From positions 70,620,001 to 70,684,000 of the forward strand of contig CM052816.1 of NCBI GenBank assembly GCA_028534125.1: 64,000 bases of DNA, read 5' to 3'. Every line of letters starts with the position of its first letter. The stretch's first letter is position 1. Shown one piece after another: positions 41,116 through 53,289 of this stretch. A program made the translations under genes and the position numbers. The notes under the pieces were generated by a model. It had not been told where the DNA came from and made no database searches. It saw nothing but the letters and a program-made list of their open reading frames with translations. The DNA comes from Lama glama. Its lineage: Eukaryota.

Positions 41116-42590
41116 GAGCCCTAAAATTTATTGGTTAGATTTATTGGAAGGTTTGATTTCCCCTAGTTTCTATTACTGTAGATAACAGAGCTAGGGATAG
41201 CCAGGACTGCACAGATGGTGAGCAGTAGATGCTGCAAATCTCCAAAGTTTTACTGAAGATATGATGCATTATCATCAGGTTCTAACACTGAGAATCTTAG
41301 TGACTTCATCTCCACACTCCTACTAAATTACTTAGTAACATACTTTTAATATCTTAAAGTTAAATGTTCATGAAATTACAATGAAATGATAATCTAAATT
41401 CCTTTGATTAGGAAGTAGATATATAAACATTAGTTTTAAAGTATATGGGAGTGTCTATCCCTAATTACTGATTTAAAAAGTTCAGATTAGTTAAAAAGTT
41501 TATAAAAAACAATCCCCAAATCTGGCACTTATACCAGGAGAAAGGCCCAGACACAGAAAGACCAAGTAAAAGTTTACCTAGTTTCCTTATTTGAAGCAGG
41601 CATCACTGATCTGGAGTTACAAACTGAATTATCCTCTTTCTCATAAGGACTTTCCTAATTATTTTGCTAAGTTGAGTTTTGCAAAAGGTTAAGATGCAAT
41701 TACATTTCAAAGCCCCCACCCTAACTCCTAGAAATGCACAATAAAAATACCTAAGAAAAATATTTTAATATCTCAGGTATTTGCAGAAATTCCCTAATTA
41801 TAGTAAAGAGTTGAAGTACAAGTCAACTGCCCCATATTAATGATGTGACCTAACACTTTCTAAACAGGCTTTCTCACCCGTGAAATAGGCTGTAGAGAAA
41901 ATCCATTAAGACTGTAAAAGTACACACAAATACAAGACATTAAGTATAACTATGATAAGGCAAAAAATAAATACGTAAGTAGTGTGACAGTGCAAAGAAC
42001 TTGAGTCCAGATTAGAGAACCACTTCCAAGTTTGTCACTAGTTAGCCACATGACAAGCAAATCACATACCTTAGCCTCATCTAAAAAATAAAGACCCCTC
42101 AAATGGATTATCTTAAGACTCCTTAGCAGGTCAGAGCTCTATGACCTACAAATAACTGATTAGGTGCTCCTCTAAAGCAAACATGATTAATTCTAGGTTT
42201 AACAAGTATTTTAAGAAAAACACATTTTAAACTTGTCTTCGAAAAAGTCTTCTAATTATTTAGCTATCTTTTAAAACAGCAGGTAAATTTAAAAATAAAG
42301 AATAAATGGAACGTGGGAGAAACTGGTAGAAAAGGGATCATGAAAAAATCCAGTGTAAGAACATCAGGCAGAATTTAACAAACAATGAGAGCTGAAGATA
42401 ATGAGATATTAAAAATCTTTTCCTAAGGAATACTACTTCAAAGCATGCAGTATGGGATTTTACGATCTATCCGAAAGCAATCTTGAATTAAACATACAAA
42501 ATGTTTCTAAGTACTGCAAATAATTCATAATTCCCATATAAAATTATCCCAATAAAGATGGTAATACATGGAAATTATTGGAGATTTCCT

Positions 42591-42596
42591 TTTATT
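42591..42596 (-). terminator. PELO: Probable PELO polyadenylation signal AATAAA
   Basis: First minus-strand AATAAA (plus-strand tttatt) after the PELO stop, about 180 nt downstream, followed by U-rich sequence. Confidence 0.7.
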
Positions 42597-42773
42597 GTTT
42601 AGTTTGAATACAAGTCCTGCCAACCACAAAGCACCTAGTGACCAAATACATGAGAAATCCTTGTAAGAATCACAAAGTGCCACCCACCCTTGCAGCTTTC
42701 TGTCACAAAGATGCTGAGAAAATGTAACCCTGACAAGTGAGATACAGGTTATCTCAATTTTAAGTTCCAGTCA

Positions 42774-43205
42774 TTAATCTTCTTCAGAACTGGAATCATC
42801 CTCTTGGTCAGAGAGTTCAGGGACAGGGAAACGGAGAATGGCAGCTATTCCAGTCAATTGGCTGAGCTGTTCCCCTGACACATGAAGACTAGAGAATATC
42901 CTAACAGTGCCTGCATTCTCTTTCACACTGTCCACCAGCCGCACATACCGGCTCCGTGTGGCTACATCCTGGTGCCTGAAGAGCTCATCGCTGATGAGCA
43001 ATGTGTCAATTGCCATGGCCTCGTTGGCCTTCTCCACCTGCTTGAGTCCATAAAAAGCTCGGTCAGGTTCATGTTGTAACATTTTATAGAAGTCATCCAA
43101 GGCTTTTACTTCCCCAGCGGCTTTAGTGTCTGAAAGGCGGCTAGCTACAGTAGGGTCACAGAGAGCCTCCTTCAGGGAGTACTTGTGTCCAGAGGAGGCA
43201 TGTAC
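42774..43205 (-). CDS. PELO: Pelota homolog, last coding exon (codons 243-385 plus TAA; eRF1-like C domain and acidic tail)
   Basis: Acceptor gattcTAG|GTA (AG at 43207-43206) with branch point CTAAC at 43230-43226. 432 nt read [18 protein letters not shown]...[25 protein letters not shown]. The joined protein is 385 aa, the expected PELO length. Confidence 0.98.
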   Translation of the reverse strand, partial: VHASSGHKYSLKEALCDPTVASRLSDTKAAGEVKALDDFYKMLQHEPDRAFYGLKQVEKANEAMAIDTLLISDELFRHQDVATRSRYVRLVDSVKENAGTVRIFSSLHVSGEQLSQLTGIAAILRFPVPELSDQEDDSSSEED

Positions 43206-43472
43206 CTAGAATCACAATTATAAAAGTTAGACAAAAGAATCTCTTAGGGCACCCATTAAGCAGCCCACAGTGACCTCAAGTCAAAAGCATCGATAAGGCT
43301 TCATTTGTTTAAAGATTTAAAAGAAGCTTACTATATAAATTTGCTAGGTATTTAACAGTTCTCTTTTCATTTCGTTATCTCACTTACAATCCCAGTCAAT
43401 TTAAAACTTTCGGAGCAGTTTACACAAATCCCTCTGCCCATTCTTAATTATCCCTGGGTAAGACCGTTTTAC

Positions 43473-44198
43473 CTGAAGGAATTTGGACCGGTTTTCCAGG
43501 AGCACTTTGTTGTCGGTCTTCACTGCTTGCTGGAACATGTAGTCGCAGAACTGCTCCCTCACAAATCCTGGGCTGGCCACCAGGACGCATTTTACAACAT
43601 CGAAGTGTATGTGGCGCTGGATAGCCTGGACCACCTGTTCATAGAACCGCTCCAAGGCCCGGTCGTGCTGGGAGCAGTTGCCTTTCCGTTTTCTAGGGAT
43701 GTTCACTTCCACCTTGGCCCGAGTGAGGGTCATGCTGGGAGTGACTAAGCAGATATGGGCGAGGCCTTCCTGCATGACCACGGCCGCCACATCGGCGCTC
43801 CAGGCTGGGTCACAGGCCTGCTCGATGCGCTCCAGAACCACACTGTCCCACTGTTTCTTGGCCAGGGTGAACTGGCGGTTAGGCTCCAGCTCGATGGTGT
43901 GATAAGCCCCCATCTTGACATACTCATTCTCTTGGATGTTGGTCCCCTTGACCCGCAGCTGACAGGCTTGAGAGTCGAAGTCGATGGCCTCCACGCAGAG
44001 AGTGAGGGTAGTGCGGACCCGGTTGCTCCCTACGCTGCCCGTGGAGGACTCGGTCTGGACTTTGCGGATAGTGGAGGCACGCAAGCTATCGCCCACCTGC
44101 ACTAGGTTGTAGGTGTGCCACATGTCCTCAGGTTCCTCCGGAACCAGAGTCACCTGGCCCGCGTTGTCCTTCTCGATGTCCTTTCTCACGAGCTTCAT
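43473..44198 (-). CDS. PELO: Pelota homolog, first coding exon (codons 1-242; eRF1-like N and middle domains)
   Basis: ORF MKLVRKDIEKDNAGQVTLVPEEPEDMWHTYNL... with PRKRK and SPGF motifs. 726 nt end at the donor CAG|GTAAAA (GT at 43472-43471). The ORF track runs on into the intron to 43401. Confidence 0.98.
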
Positions 44199-44640
44199 GA
44201 TCTCGGCAGGGGCTCACAGCCAGAACAAGAAGCACAGAGAGGGTCCCCACCGGGAAAGGAATAGGGAGGGGAAAGGAAGTCTAGGCCGGGAAGGGGGCGG
44301 GGTCCGGTTCCCACGGGCACTTTCCTGGCGGGAAGGAAACACTCTATACCCGACTCAAGTGGCCAGGGGGAGCACTTACTCTAGCCCTTCCTTTTCGTGG
44401 TCTCCGGGCGCGCCGCGCCAAACCGGCGCGAGAGACAACGCAGCGAACACCTTCCACCCCGCGGTTCCAGCCGCCGGCAAGGACCGAAAGGCTGACGCAA
44501 TGAGGGCGCATGCGCCGCCCGCGTCCGGCCGCGCGGCGCACGTTTTACGACCTCAGGAGGGAGGCGGGGCCGCAGCGTGCGCAGGCGCACTAAGCACTAA
44601 GTTTCCAGAAGAAGAAACCGCGTAAAGAAAGTGCACGGAA
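43500..44640. promoter_or_regulatory. PELO: CpG island covering the PELO promoter and first coding exon
   Basis: Dense CpG/GC content against an AT-rich background. NRF1-type palindrome GCGCATGCGC 44506-44515, TGCGCAGGCGCA 44578-44589, GC boxes 44561-44570 and 44294-44302, TGACGCAAT 44493-44501. Confidence 0.88.
44281..44379 (-). other. PELO: Candidate 99-nt 5'-UTR intron of PELO
   Basis: Consensus donor AGA|GTAAGT (GT at 44379-44378) and acceptor cgcccccttcccggccTAG|A (AG at 44282-44281), leaving 82 nt of leader before the ATG. Confidence 0.6.
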
Positions 44641-45940
44641 TCCTTAGTAGCGAATTTTATTTTAATGCTCAACGTGGACTTCCTAAGTTTTCTCTTCCAC
44701 CCCTGTTTGTGAAGAATCTGGGGAGTTCCTGAGTGCAAATACATATATTTTTCACCCGAGTGCAGTTAGTTGCCTCTCTACCCGTTCTCCCTCTGGATAA
44801 ATCCAATTTCAAAACTGGAAAAAATACTAGAAAAGTAAAAAGAACTCTCAAAGGTGCAGACTTCTCCTCAAGGTCCAACTGTGCTCCGCTTTGCTCCTGC
44901 CTTATCCTCACAGAGACGCTACACGCCTATTGGAGCCGGTTTGTCCAGAAGCTGTTTCATAAGAGCGACTGGTGACGCTGGGTCTGGGCTCTGAGCAACG
45001 TGCCCAGCTGTTTCTGTGCTTAGTTACCCAAGTCTGCACGGTCTGATTAACCCAAATCTTAGAACACTGATCCCAGAGAGGGAAGAAACCATCTGTGGAA
45101 TTTACCCCTGGGTGGACCTGACGTCCTGAGAGTTAACAGAATCCAAGGTTGGCAGTCTCAGCTTTGGGCAGCGCGGTAGCCTGTGAAGTGTTTAGGGTGG
45201 GGATTGGGTCGCAGTAGTTTAGAAAACAGGATCTTTACTGTCAAAGCTGAGCTGAGAGCTGAGGATAGGGGAATTGGGGAAGAACTAATCTGTGACCGAT
45301 CCCTACTGAATAGCTACGGAACTGATTTAAAAGAAAATTCTTAAGTCACTTAACATTTTGTGGGGAAGGGGAGACAGGGGAGTTTGAGAAGTGGGGCTTG
45401 CCTCTTAAAAGGACCAGTGAATAGAAAAAGGTCACCCAAGTTTTCTTGAGAGTTAAGATGGGTTGGAGGGCAGAGGACACAAATCTCATTCTTCTTCCTG
45501 TCTTCCTCTCTATGGCACTGAAGGGGAAGTTTACCACCCCGAACTAGTGGAGACAGGGATGAAAGGGAGCAATCTGACTTTGGCACAAGTCTTGATACTC
45601 GTCTCAGTTAACTTCCTCAGAGATTGTCAGGGGACACAAAGTTCTCCTCCATAGCTCTAGAGCAAATTAAAACTGTTATTTTTTGGCCTCGCCTCTTCGC
45701 CCCTCCGCTTCTGTACCTCCTTCCTCCCTTTTTCCTTCCCCACTTTCCTATCATACTGGGGAACTCACAAAGTTCCTAACTTAGACCCCCTTCTTCTATT
45801 TCCAGGAGAACCTGACAACTTTTCACTGAGCAAGAACTGATCACACTAAAGTGTGAGTATGGCTTATGTCTCCAAAGGATGTGTATCTTTTTAAAAGGTG
45901 CTTGTTAACCTAGAAGAATTCTTAATTGGTAGAGGGAGGG

Positions 45941-45943
<3 letters not shown>

Positions 45944-45981
<38 letters not shown>

Positions 45982-46013
45982 CAGAGACAGAGACAGAGAC
46001 AGACAGACAGACA
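45944..46013 (+). repeat. Compound microsatellite (GT)18 followed by GACAGA/GACA repeats
   Basis: Read directly from the sequence. Confidence 0.95.
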
Positions 46014-46139
46014 GGAGGCAGTGCTTTGAGGTACTCTTTGATCACCTTTGTATGTACAGTATCACGGAATCACAGTGATAGGCACACAGTAGGATCTTAA
46101 TAAATGTTAGGCTTTTATTCAAGAGCTTTATTTATTGAA

Positions 46140-46320
46140 TATTCACCAGGTACTTTCCTATGCTTTCTCATCCTTGCCTATAAGTTAAATATTTGTTATC
46201 CCCATTTTATAGATGAAAAAAATGAATTATAGTGAAGTTAAGAAGTGTATTCAAGATCATATGACTAGCATTCAAATTCAGGCCTCCTTAACTCCACACT
46301 TTCTCTTTCCACTAACACAA
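46140..46320 (-). mobile_element. MIR SINE fragment
   Basis: gttatccccattttatagatgaaaaaaatgaa...gaagttaag...caagatcata...attcaaattcaggc. Confidence 0.6.
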
Positions 46321-48874
46321 TTCTATATTATGGATGCTTGAAATCTCTGCAACCTTAGAAATTATGTGCTGTTACTCACTGCTGTTTCCTCTTAACTTTC
46401 ACGTTAGGAAAGGCTCACAGTTTAGGAACCTAGAGGATTTGAAAGGAAGGGTCCCTTGCTCTTTTATTACTTAAAAAAAAATCCTTACGTTATTTTTAAC
46501 ATAGTTTTACTTCCACTCAGAGCCTGGGTCACCATTATAATTTGAGAAAGATCTAATATTCTACTTTAGAAAAATACACATATATTTTTACATTGAAAAC
46601 CTATGGGAAATCCATATTGACTGTTGAATTTGTGGTTCTTTTTTCTTTTTTATATGAGGCAAACTGCTTTGGGCTGCTTTTTAAATACGAATGTCCTTCA
46701 GTGATTGAACATACTATAAAATTTTTCACAGAATTACAATTTGATCTGAAACACCTGTAACAGAATTTTTTGTTTAGTAACTTGAGCTTCTTGTTGAATG
46801 AGCAGGTGTTTTTCTCCCAGACTTTGTGTTATAACTTAGTCTTTCTAGACCAGCCATTACACTTTTGAGTATTTGGGGTTCTCATTCCCTGTTAGCCAAA
46901 ATTCAAATTCCCTGGCGTTCAGGGCTTCCATGACATGGCTTTACAAGCTTTATTTCCTAGATACCCGCCCCCAACAGCTGCCTGTATTCCCCTGTGAGGG
47001 GAGTCTTTGTTCCCCATAAGTTTTGGCAACTTTCTTCTTTGCTGCCTTAGCTCATCCTGTTCTCTCTTTTTAAAATGTCACTTTCTCTCACTCAAGTTTC
47101 TGTAAATCCTACTTATCTTTAAGGACGAACGAAAATGTTGTCTCACATTTGAAGCCATGCATTATATTAATTGGAGTACATATCTTTTCTTTCTTATTGA
47201 ACTCTGGATGGATTCATCCTTGTATCCCTGTCCCATGAAAAGTCCTTTGCACCTACCAGACAGTCATTTATGAATGATAAGCTGAGTGGATCACATGTGA
47301 AATGTTGGCAACTATGTTTAATATTATTACAGATACTTCTTAAGACACTGATATTGTTATTAACTGTAGTTCACCTGACATACAAAGTAATTCCTCTTAT
47401 TTTCAAACTTCTTTGGATATAGTAGTGATTTGATACATAACAGTATAAGGTATTTTCAGTCTTTACTGAAATAAGCAAAATCATGAGGAAAAAACGCCAC
47501 TATTTAGCTATGTTGTTGTAAATTCTACTTTCATATTTATTTATTGGCTCTTTGAAGGCAGAAGCCTTTATATCAGTAACTTTAATTATATCTACTTTTC
47601 CTATAATCTTTTATTTATATTTATCTCACCAGAAGAAAAAAAAAGTCAGTGTTGTTCCTCCAAAAGTTTTCAATTTGTTGTTTTGATATACTTCTAGTGT
47701 CTGAAAAAGAGAATTGGACTAGAAGTCAAGTATCCTGGATTGTAATTCTTACCCTGTCAACTATTTTTCACTGTAATTTTTGGCACCACTCAGTCTCTTT
47801 GAAACTCAGTTTCTTTTACTTAAGAATTGAGGAAATTGAATTCAGTAGTTAAAATTGTTTTAATTGTGAGAATTACGCTGCAACAGTATTTTAAAAAATT
47901 AAACAATACCATAATCTCACCCTGACACATTTTTTTAAGTTTTGAATTCAATTCTTCCTAAAGGCCCATTTTAATTTTAATGGTAAAGGATTAATAACTA
48001 AGTTTAATGCTTGCATGCCATGAGTCAGCCGACTTGAGTTACGGTCTTTTCTAGCTAGATTTTAGCAACTTCAGATAAGTCCCCTAACTTCTATAAACCT
48101 GACCTTTTTCATTCTTTCATTCTTTTTTATTCTAAATTGTCAATAAGATTATTTGTCTGCCTGTCTCATTTGGAGATTATACTTCACAAATTGTAGAACT
48201 CTCTAAACATACAAGGTACTATTATAAATCTCTAAGAATGCCTGGATTGAAGTTAGAGATCTGGATCAGACAGAGGAAAGGGCAAGGGCTCACTTTAACA
48301 TGATCATAATTATTCAGCCTTGGAAAAATAACGAGTTCAGTAGAGTTGACTGATAGATGATCTGTTGGGTGCATTTATTTATACTGGTACCTCCTTTCCA
48401 GAGAAACCTTAGGTTAGTCCTGCTACATGAAGTGGGGTGTGTGCCTCATGGTGAACTGGATTACAATCTTTCTTCCTGTTATAATAATGTGTTAGAAATG
48501 GTTTGTGTGACAGCAGCAGGGATTATGAGCTCCCTTGTTTGAATATCCTGTGCTTAGCACAGTGACCCTTAAATAGTAGGGGCTGTGTAAATTTTCTTGT
48601 ATTCGTCTTGTATTTTTTGCAGACTTACTTTCCAACATCACAAACATAATCTTTTCCTTTCTCTGCTTAGGGGGCTTCTTGAATCATTGCTTCTTTGCTT
48701 GTCTATTGCCTCTTTCAGACTCTGCGCTTCTTAAGGGCAGACGTTACCTTTTATTTGTCTTTGTGTTCCTGGAACACAGCACAATGACTGTACCTAATTG
48801 TGATTATATGAAAGAGTGAGTGGTCATTAGTTCTCCTCTAATTGAAAGTTTTTGACTCATCTATTTCTGACACC

Positions 48875-48981
48875 TTTTTTATTTTTAACTTTTAAAATTG
48901 AAGTATGGTTGATTTACAATGTTGTGTTAGTTTCTGGTGTACCGAAAAGTGATTCAGCTATATATATATAAATAAATAAAT

Positions 48982-49021
<40 letters not shown>

Positions 49022-49221
49022 ACACGTATGTATTTTTTCCAGAGTCTTTTCCATTACAGGCTATTACAAGATATTGAATATAGTTCCCTGTGCTATACAG
49101 TAGGACCTTGTTATTTATCTGTTTTATATATAGTATTTTGTATCTGCTAATCCCAAACTCCTAATTTATTACTTCCTCCCCTTTCCCCTTTGGTAACCAT
49201 AAGTTTGTTTTCCATGTCTGT
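48875..49221 (-). mobile_element. 5'-truncated lineage-specific L1 3' end containing a TA/TAAA/(CA)n compound microsatellite (about 48959-49025)
   Basis: attgaagtatggttgatttacaatgttgtg...caagatattgaatatagttccctgtgctatacagtagg...ggtaaccataag. Candidate TSD ctgacaYctt at 48867-48876 and 49226-49235. Confidence 0.9.
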
Positions 49222-50689
49222 CTCACTGACATCTTAAAATGAGGAAATCACATTCTGTTTTATAATGTTACTAATGATTTAAAAAGAAGATTACTCTTAA
49301 GGTAAGTTTTTATAAACCTATTTTAGTTTTTTGAGATACCCATGTGTGGATAAGAAAATGATTATTTTTTAAACACATGTTTATGAGGAAAGATCTTTAT
49401 AATGTTTTAAAATAATGTATAATAACAATTAGTTTTATTATGCATGTTTGGAGAATGATCTTTATTATAAAATGAATAGCCAGAGCTCTGATTATGAATA
49501 TCTAGTGGTAAATGCAATAGTTTATTTAGAGAGAATGGTGCTAATCTCAGATTGTACAAAAATGCTGTGACCAACACAAGCAAAGCTAGTGGACCACAGG
49601 GAGGATTATTCAGCTAATTCAGGCAGAAGGGGAAAGAGAAAGTTTTTGTTGTTGTTGTTGTTGTTTTTTTTAAAGGAAATTGCTGTACTCACTTGCTTAC
49701 TATCTAAATTTCCTGTGATTAAAAATACTTACTTGCAGTTCTCACAAAACAATACAAAACCTCGTACCAGATAAACAAAATCTTATCAACAAAAGTGTGT
49801 GCATTCCTGTTGTATCTATCTCCATACAGTACGGGATCATTTTGCCAAAAATATTACAATAAAATGTATAATTTTAAGGTCTGGTCAATACCCATGTATT
49901 TTCAAATTGTAGTATTTGGCATACTAAAAAGTATATAGTTAATAAAGTAATTTTGAAAAATACATTGTAATTTATATTGAGTATAGGATTTATGATAAAA
50001 TGTGCAGACCATTCTTCTTAATCATTTGATGTTCTAATGTGATTTACGTGTCCTATTCAAATTTAAGAATTTGCATTTATTTCAGCAGATCTCAGATAAT
50101 TCATACAAAAAAAGCATTTACTTTCACTCCTTTTAATATCTGAATTACAATTATTTTTAATTCAGATTTCTAACTTACTTTGTATATAGAGTTCTACTGT
50201 TTGGATAAAATGATGTTAATGTTTTTGCACATGAAGTGAATTTTTAACATCAACCAGTGCATATATTTTAATCTCCTTTTAAGACTTAGTTGACTTTTTA
50301 ATCTTCCCTTTTAATTACAGAAGACATTAGATACAAATTAGGTCCCTTCAAATATACATAGCCCTAGCACTAACCACCAGTATGACAGAATGTTAGAGCT
50401 TGTTAAAACTGGAGTTCATCCTGTGAACTAGAACATTTTTTGATTACTTGATTGTCACCTTTCTCCTGAAGCTTCCATTTAAAGGTAGAGTATTCTGAGA
50501 AAGCTCTGCTCTTGGGATCTGGTAAGGCTGCTGGTGCCAGGGGAGCAGTTATCCCCTGAATCAGATATAAACTTGGCTCTGGAAGAGAACTAGCGGGAAA
50601 TGTTCATATCTTTGTTTCCAGAAGGAGTGTACTTGAAATCTTATGATGCAAAGAATACAAAGAAGTGTGATAGAAAATTGCATGTAGGT

Positions 50690-50850
50690 ATTTATTATAA
50701 TTTTAAGATGTATATTTTCATCTCTTGAAACTAGGAGGCATCTAACAGTTTAGCAATTATAATTGGTTTGGCAGTACTTTTCTTTCTTAATAGTACATAA
50801 AATAATAGGACATTCAGCTGATGGTCTCTTTCATTCAGTTAGATATACAT
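50690..50850. mobile_element. MER96B-like DNA transposon remnant
   Basis: ttctttcttaatagtacataaaataatagg...gatgg...ttcagttagatatac resembles the MER96B end. Confidence 0.4.
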
Positions 50851-52329
50851 ATGGGTAGATAGAAATATTCTAGGTAGGGATATAATTAAAAGAGACAATC
50901 TGACCCCTTAGGTATTTTATGAGTTTGTCTGTAGTCTGTTCTTTCATGATTCATTCAGTAACAAATTTTCAAGGACCTATTATTGTTAGATGGCAAGGGT
51001 AATAAACAGTCAGAGACCCTACTCTCACAGCATACAGCAAGCTGGAAAGACAGACAATTAGATGCTTAATTTTAATGTGTAGGATGTTACAGAAGCGAAA
51101 GTGCTATAGGCATACATGTCTGTGGGGGAGGGGGTCTAATCTACGCCAGTGAGTTCTTGGAAATGACATTCATATGGGGACTTGAGCATCAGTAGCAGTG
51201 TAACTGCTTATGCAAAGGCCCGGAGACTTCAGAGGAGCTGGCACAAGAGAAGAGCTGAAAGAAGCTCAGTCACCATGAGGACAGGAATATACTCAGCTCA
51301 TTTATATCAGTTGATACTTTACTTGCTTTGAGAGCGAATACAATTCTCCAGTCACAGACCACTCTGAATATTCTGACTTCAACATTGTGGCAGCAGTTCC
51401 AAATATCTTTCATCTCAACTTCTTAACATGAATTCAGATACACTATTGTGTACGTCATACAACAGAAGAACAGTGTAGATAAAGAATAGCCATTTTGATG
51501 CCTGCTTTTCTGAATATATTTTGAACATGAGCTCCTTTATTTTATGAAATACTTAAGGGGCGTATTAAAATTCAGCAAGTTCTGAATCTGATGGGAAGTT
51601 TGTAGGATTGAGTTGTTGGAACATAGGCAGAAGAGCATCCATCTAATGAAGTAAGATCAACAGTTAAAAGTTGTGGCCCAAGAGCTCATGCATCAAAATA
51701 GCATTATGACAGCAGAGAAGAAAAATAGGCAAACTAGTTTGGCATTTATATTTTATCGCTACTGTCATTGCCTATTTACTAAACAAACAAACAAAACTCC
51801 TATGAATTTATTGCTGCCTTTATAGACATCATAATGAATAAATATTTTCACTGTCTTTAGTAGTTCCTATCAATCTATTCTGTGCCATTGGAGGTCATTT
51901 CTTTGTTATGGTAAGTGGCTGACTTCCTTCCATATTCAGCCATCGCCTCACTGGACTTCTTTTAGAAGAGGAAATCTTGCCTATTGAAAAAAAAAATCAC
52001 AAAAGGAGACTTCTGCTTGTAGGCTAACTAAAATGTTTCTAGGGAGGAGAGACATCTAACTTGATTAGGGGTAATTCTATACTTAATAACCAGAGATAGT
52101 AGTCTTGTTTGAGTTATAATTAATGTAGGGAGGGACATCATCTAATTTCATGTATATCTAAAAGTCATGAAAATAACACACTCACTTCATCATAAATTAT
52201 ATCCTTATCAAAGTCTTTTAAACAATTATGCTTGGATTTAACATTTTGAGGGTTGAGCAAGAGGGAAATGGGCTTACATTTAGACAGCTTATATGTATTA
52301 TTATTTCAGAGCATGAGAGATTTGAATTG

Positions 52330-52510
52330 AATACAGGCTTTGCCATTTACTAATTGTGTGGCTTTGGACAAATGAGCCTCTTAGGATTTTGGTTTCTTCA
52401 TCTCTAAAATATGGATAATAGTTCCAGAAGTTTCCTTTTTTAAAGATCAAAATGTAATATATGCAAAGTTCTTGGCACAGGTCCTCATACATAATACGTT
52501 CTCAAAAAAA
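52330..52510 (+). mobile_element. MIR SINE
   Basis: tttgccatttactaattgtgtggctttggacaa...ggtttcttcatctctaaaatatggataata...atgcaaagttcttggcacag. Confidence 0.7.
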
Positions 52511-53289
52511 TATGTGCCTTTCAGCAATAAGTTGTGCTAGTTTTTCTCTGTTACTGTTTGTCTTGACCTTTGTCCCCTGGGAGTTTGAATTCTGCCATTT
52601 GAACTTGGCCAGTGGACGGCTGGGCAAGGCATTAGCCTGTAGGAGGAAAAGGAGGGGTATTCATTTCTCCTGCTTTCTCCCTGCTGGGCTTCAACTTTGG
52701 CACTCACTGCATTCCTCGTCCTATGGCCACAGCTCCTGTCCAATGGCTCTCCTCCCATAGCCAGAGTTCACAGTCAAGCTGACACTGCTACCTTCTCAGG
52801 CCTGGAAATGATAATGGCTTTTTCCCTCATTGTTGCTGCAGGTGCTTTCTTCCTACTATTGCTTGTTCTAGGTGCGCCACCATCTTTTGTCAATTCCTTT
52901 AAACGCTTCTGCAAACAGCCCCTTTATAGAGCTTTCTTCAGTTAAATCCTTTATTTGTGCCACTAGTTTTTTTTGCTGGTACTTTATTTGGACATGGAGA
53001 AGGGCATCTTTCTTGATGAATCCTTCTTAAATATTGGGGAGAGGTAATACAAGACAGTTCTGAATATAATGGGAAGTTTACCAGGATGGTTTATGAGTAG
53101 GTGGTTGTTGTGATGTAAACCCAGCTTTGAAGACTGGAATGAGTTTGTTTAGATGGCACAGGGTAGTAAGAAAGAAAGGTGCAGTGCTTTTCTAGAAGCA
53201 CAAAACAAGATCATATGCACAGTAGCAAAATGAACATGAGGAGTATGGGGAATTAAGGAAATGTGACTGTCTATCATGGGCTATTCATG

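Noticed and set aside
43401..44198. 265-aa ORF taken as the full PELO protein, and the 108-aa ORF 42774-43100 taken as a separate gene
   Set aside because: They are two exons of one 385-aa CDS joined across the GT-AG intron 43206-43472.
43527..44625. Plus-strand ORFs of 73-170 aa over PELO and its CpG island
   Set aside because: Antisense shadows of a coding, GC-rich region with no recognisable protein features. Non-coding antisense transcription remains possible but cannot be shown from sequence.
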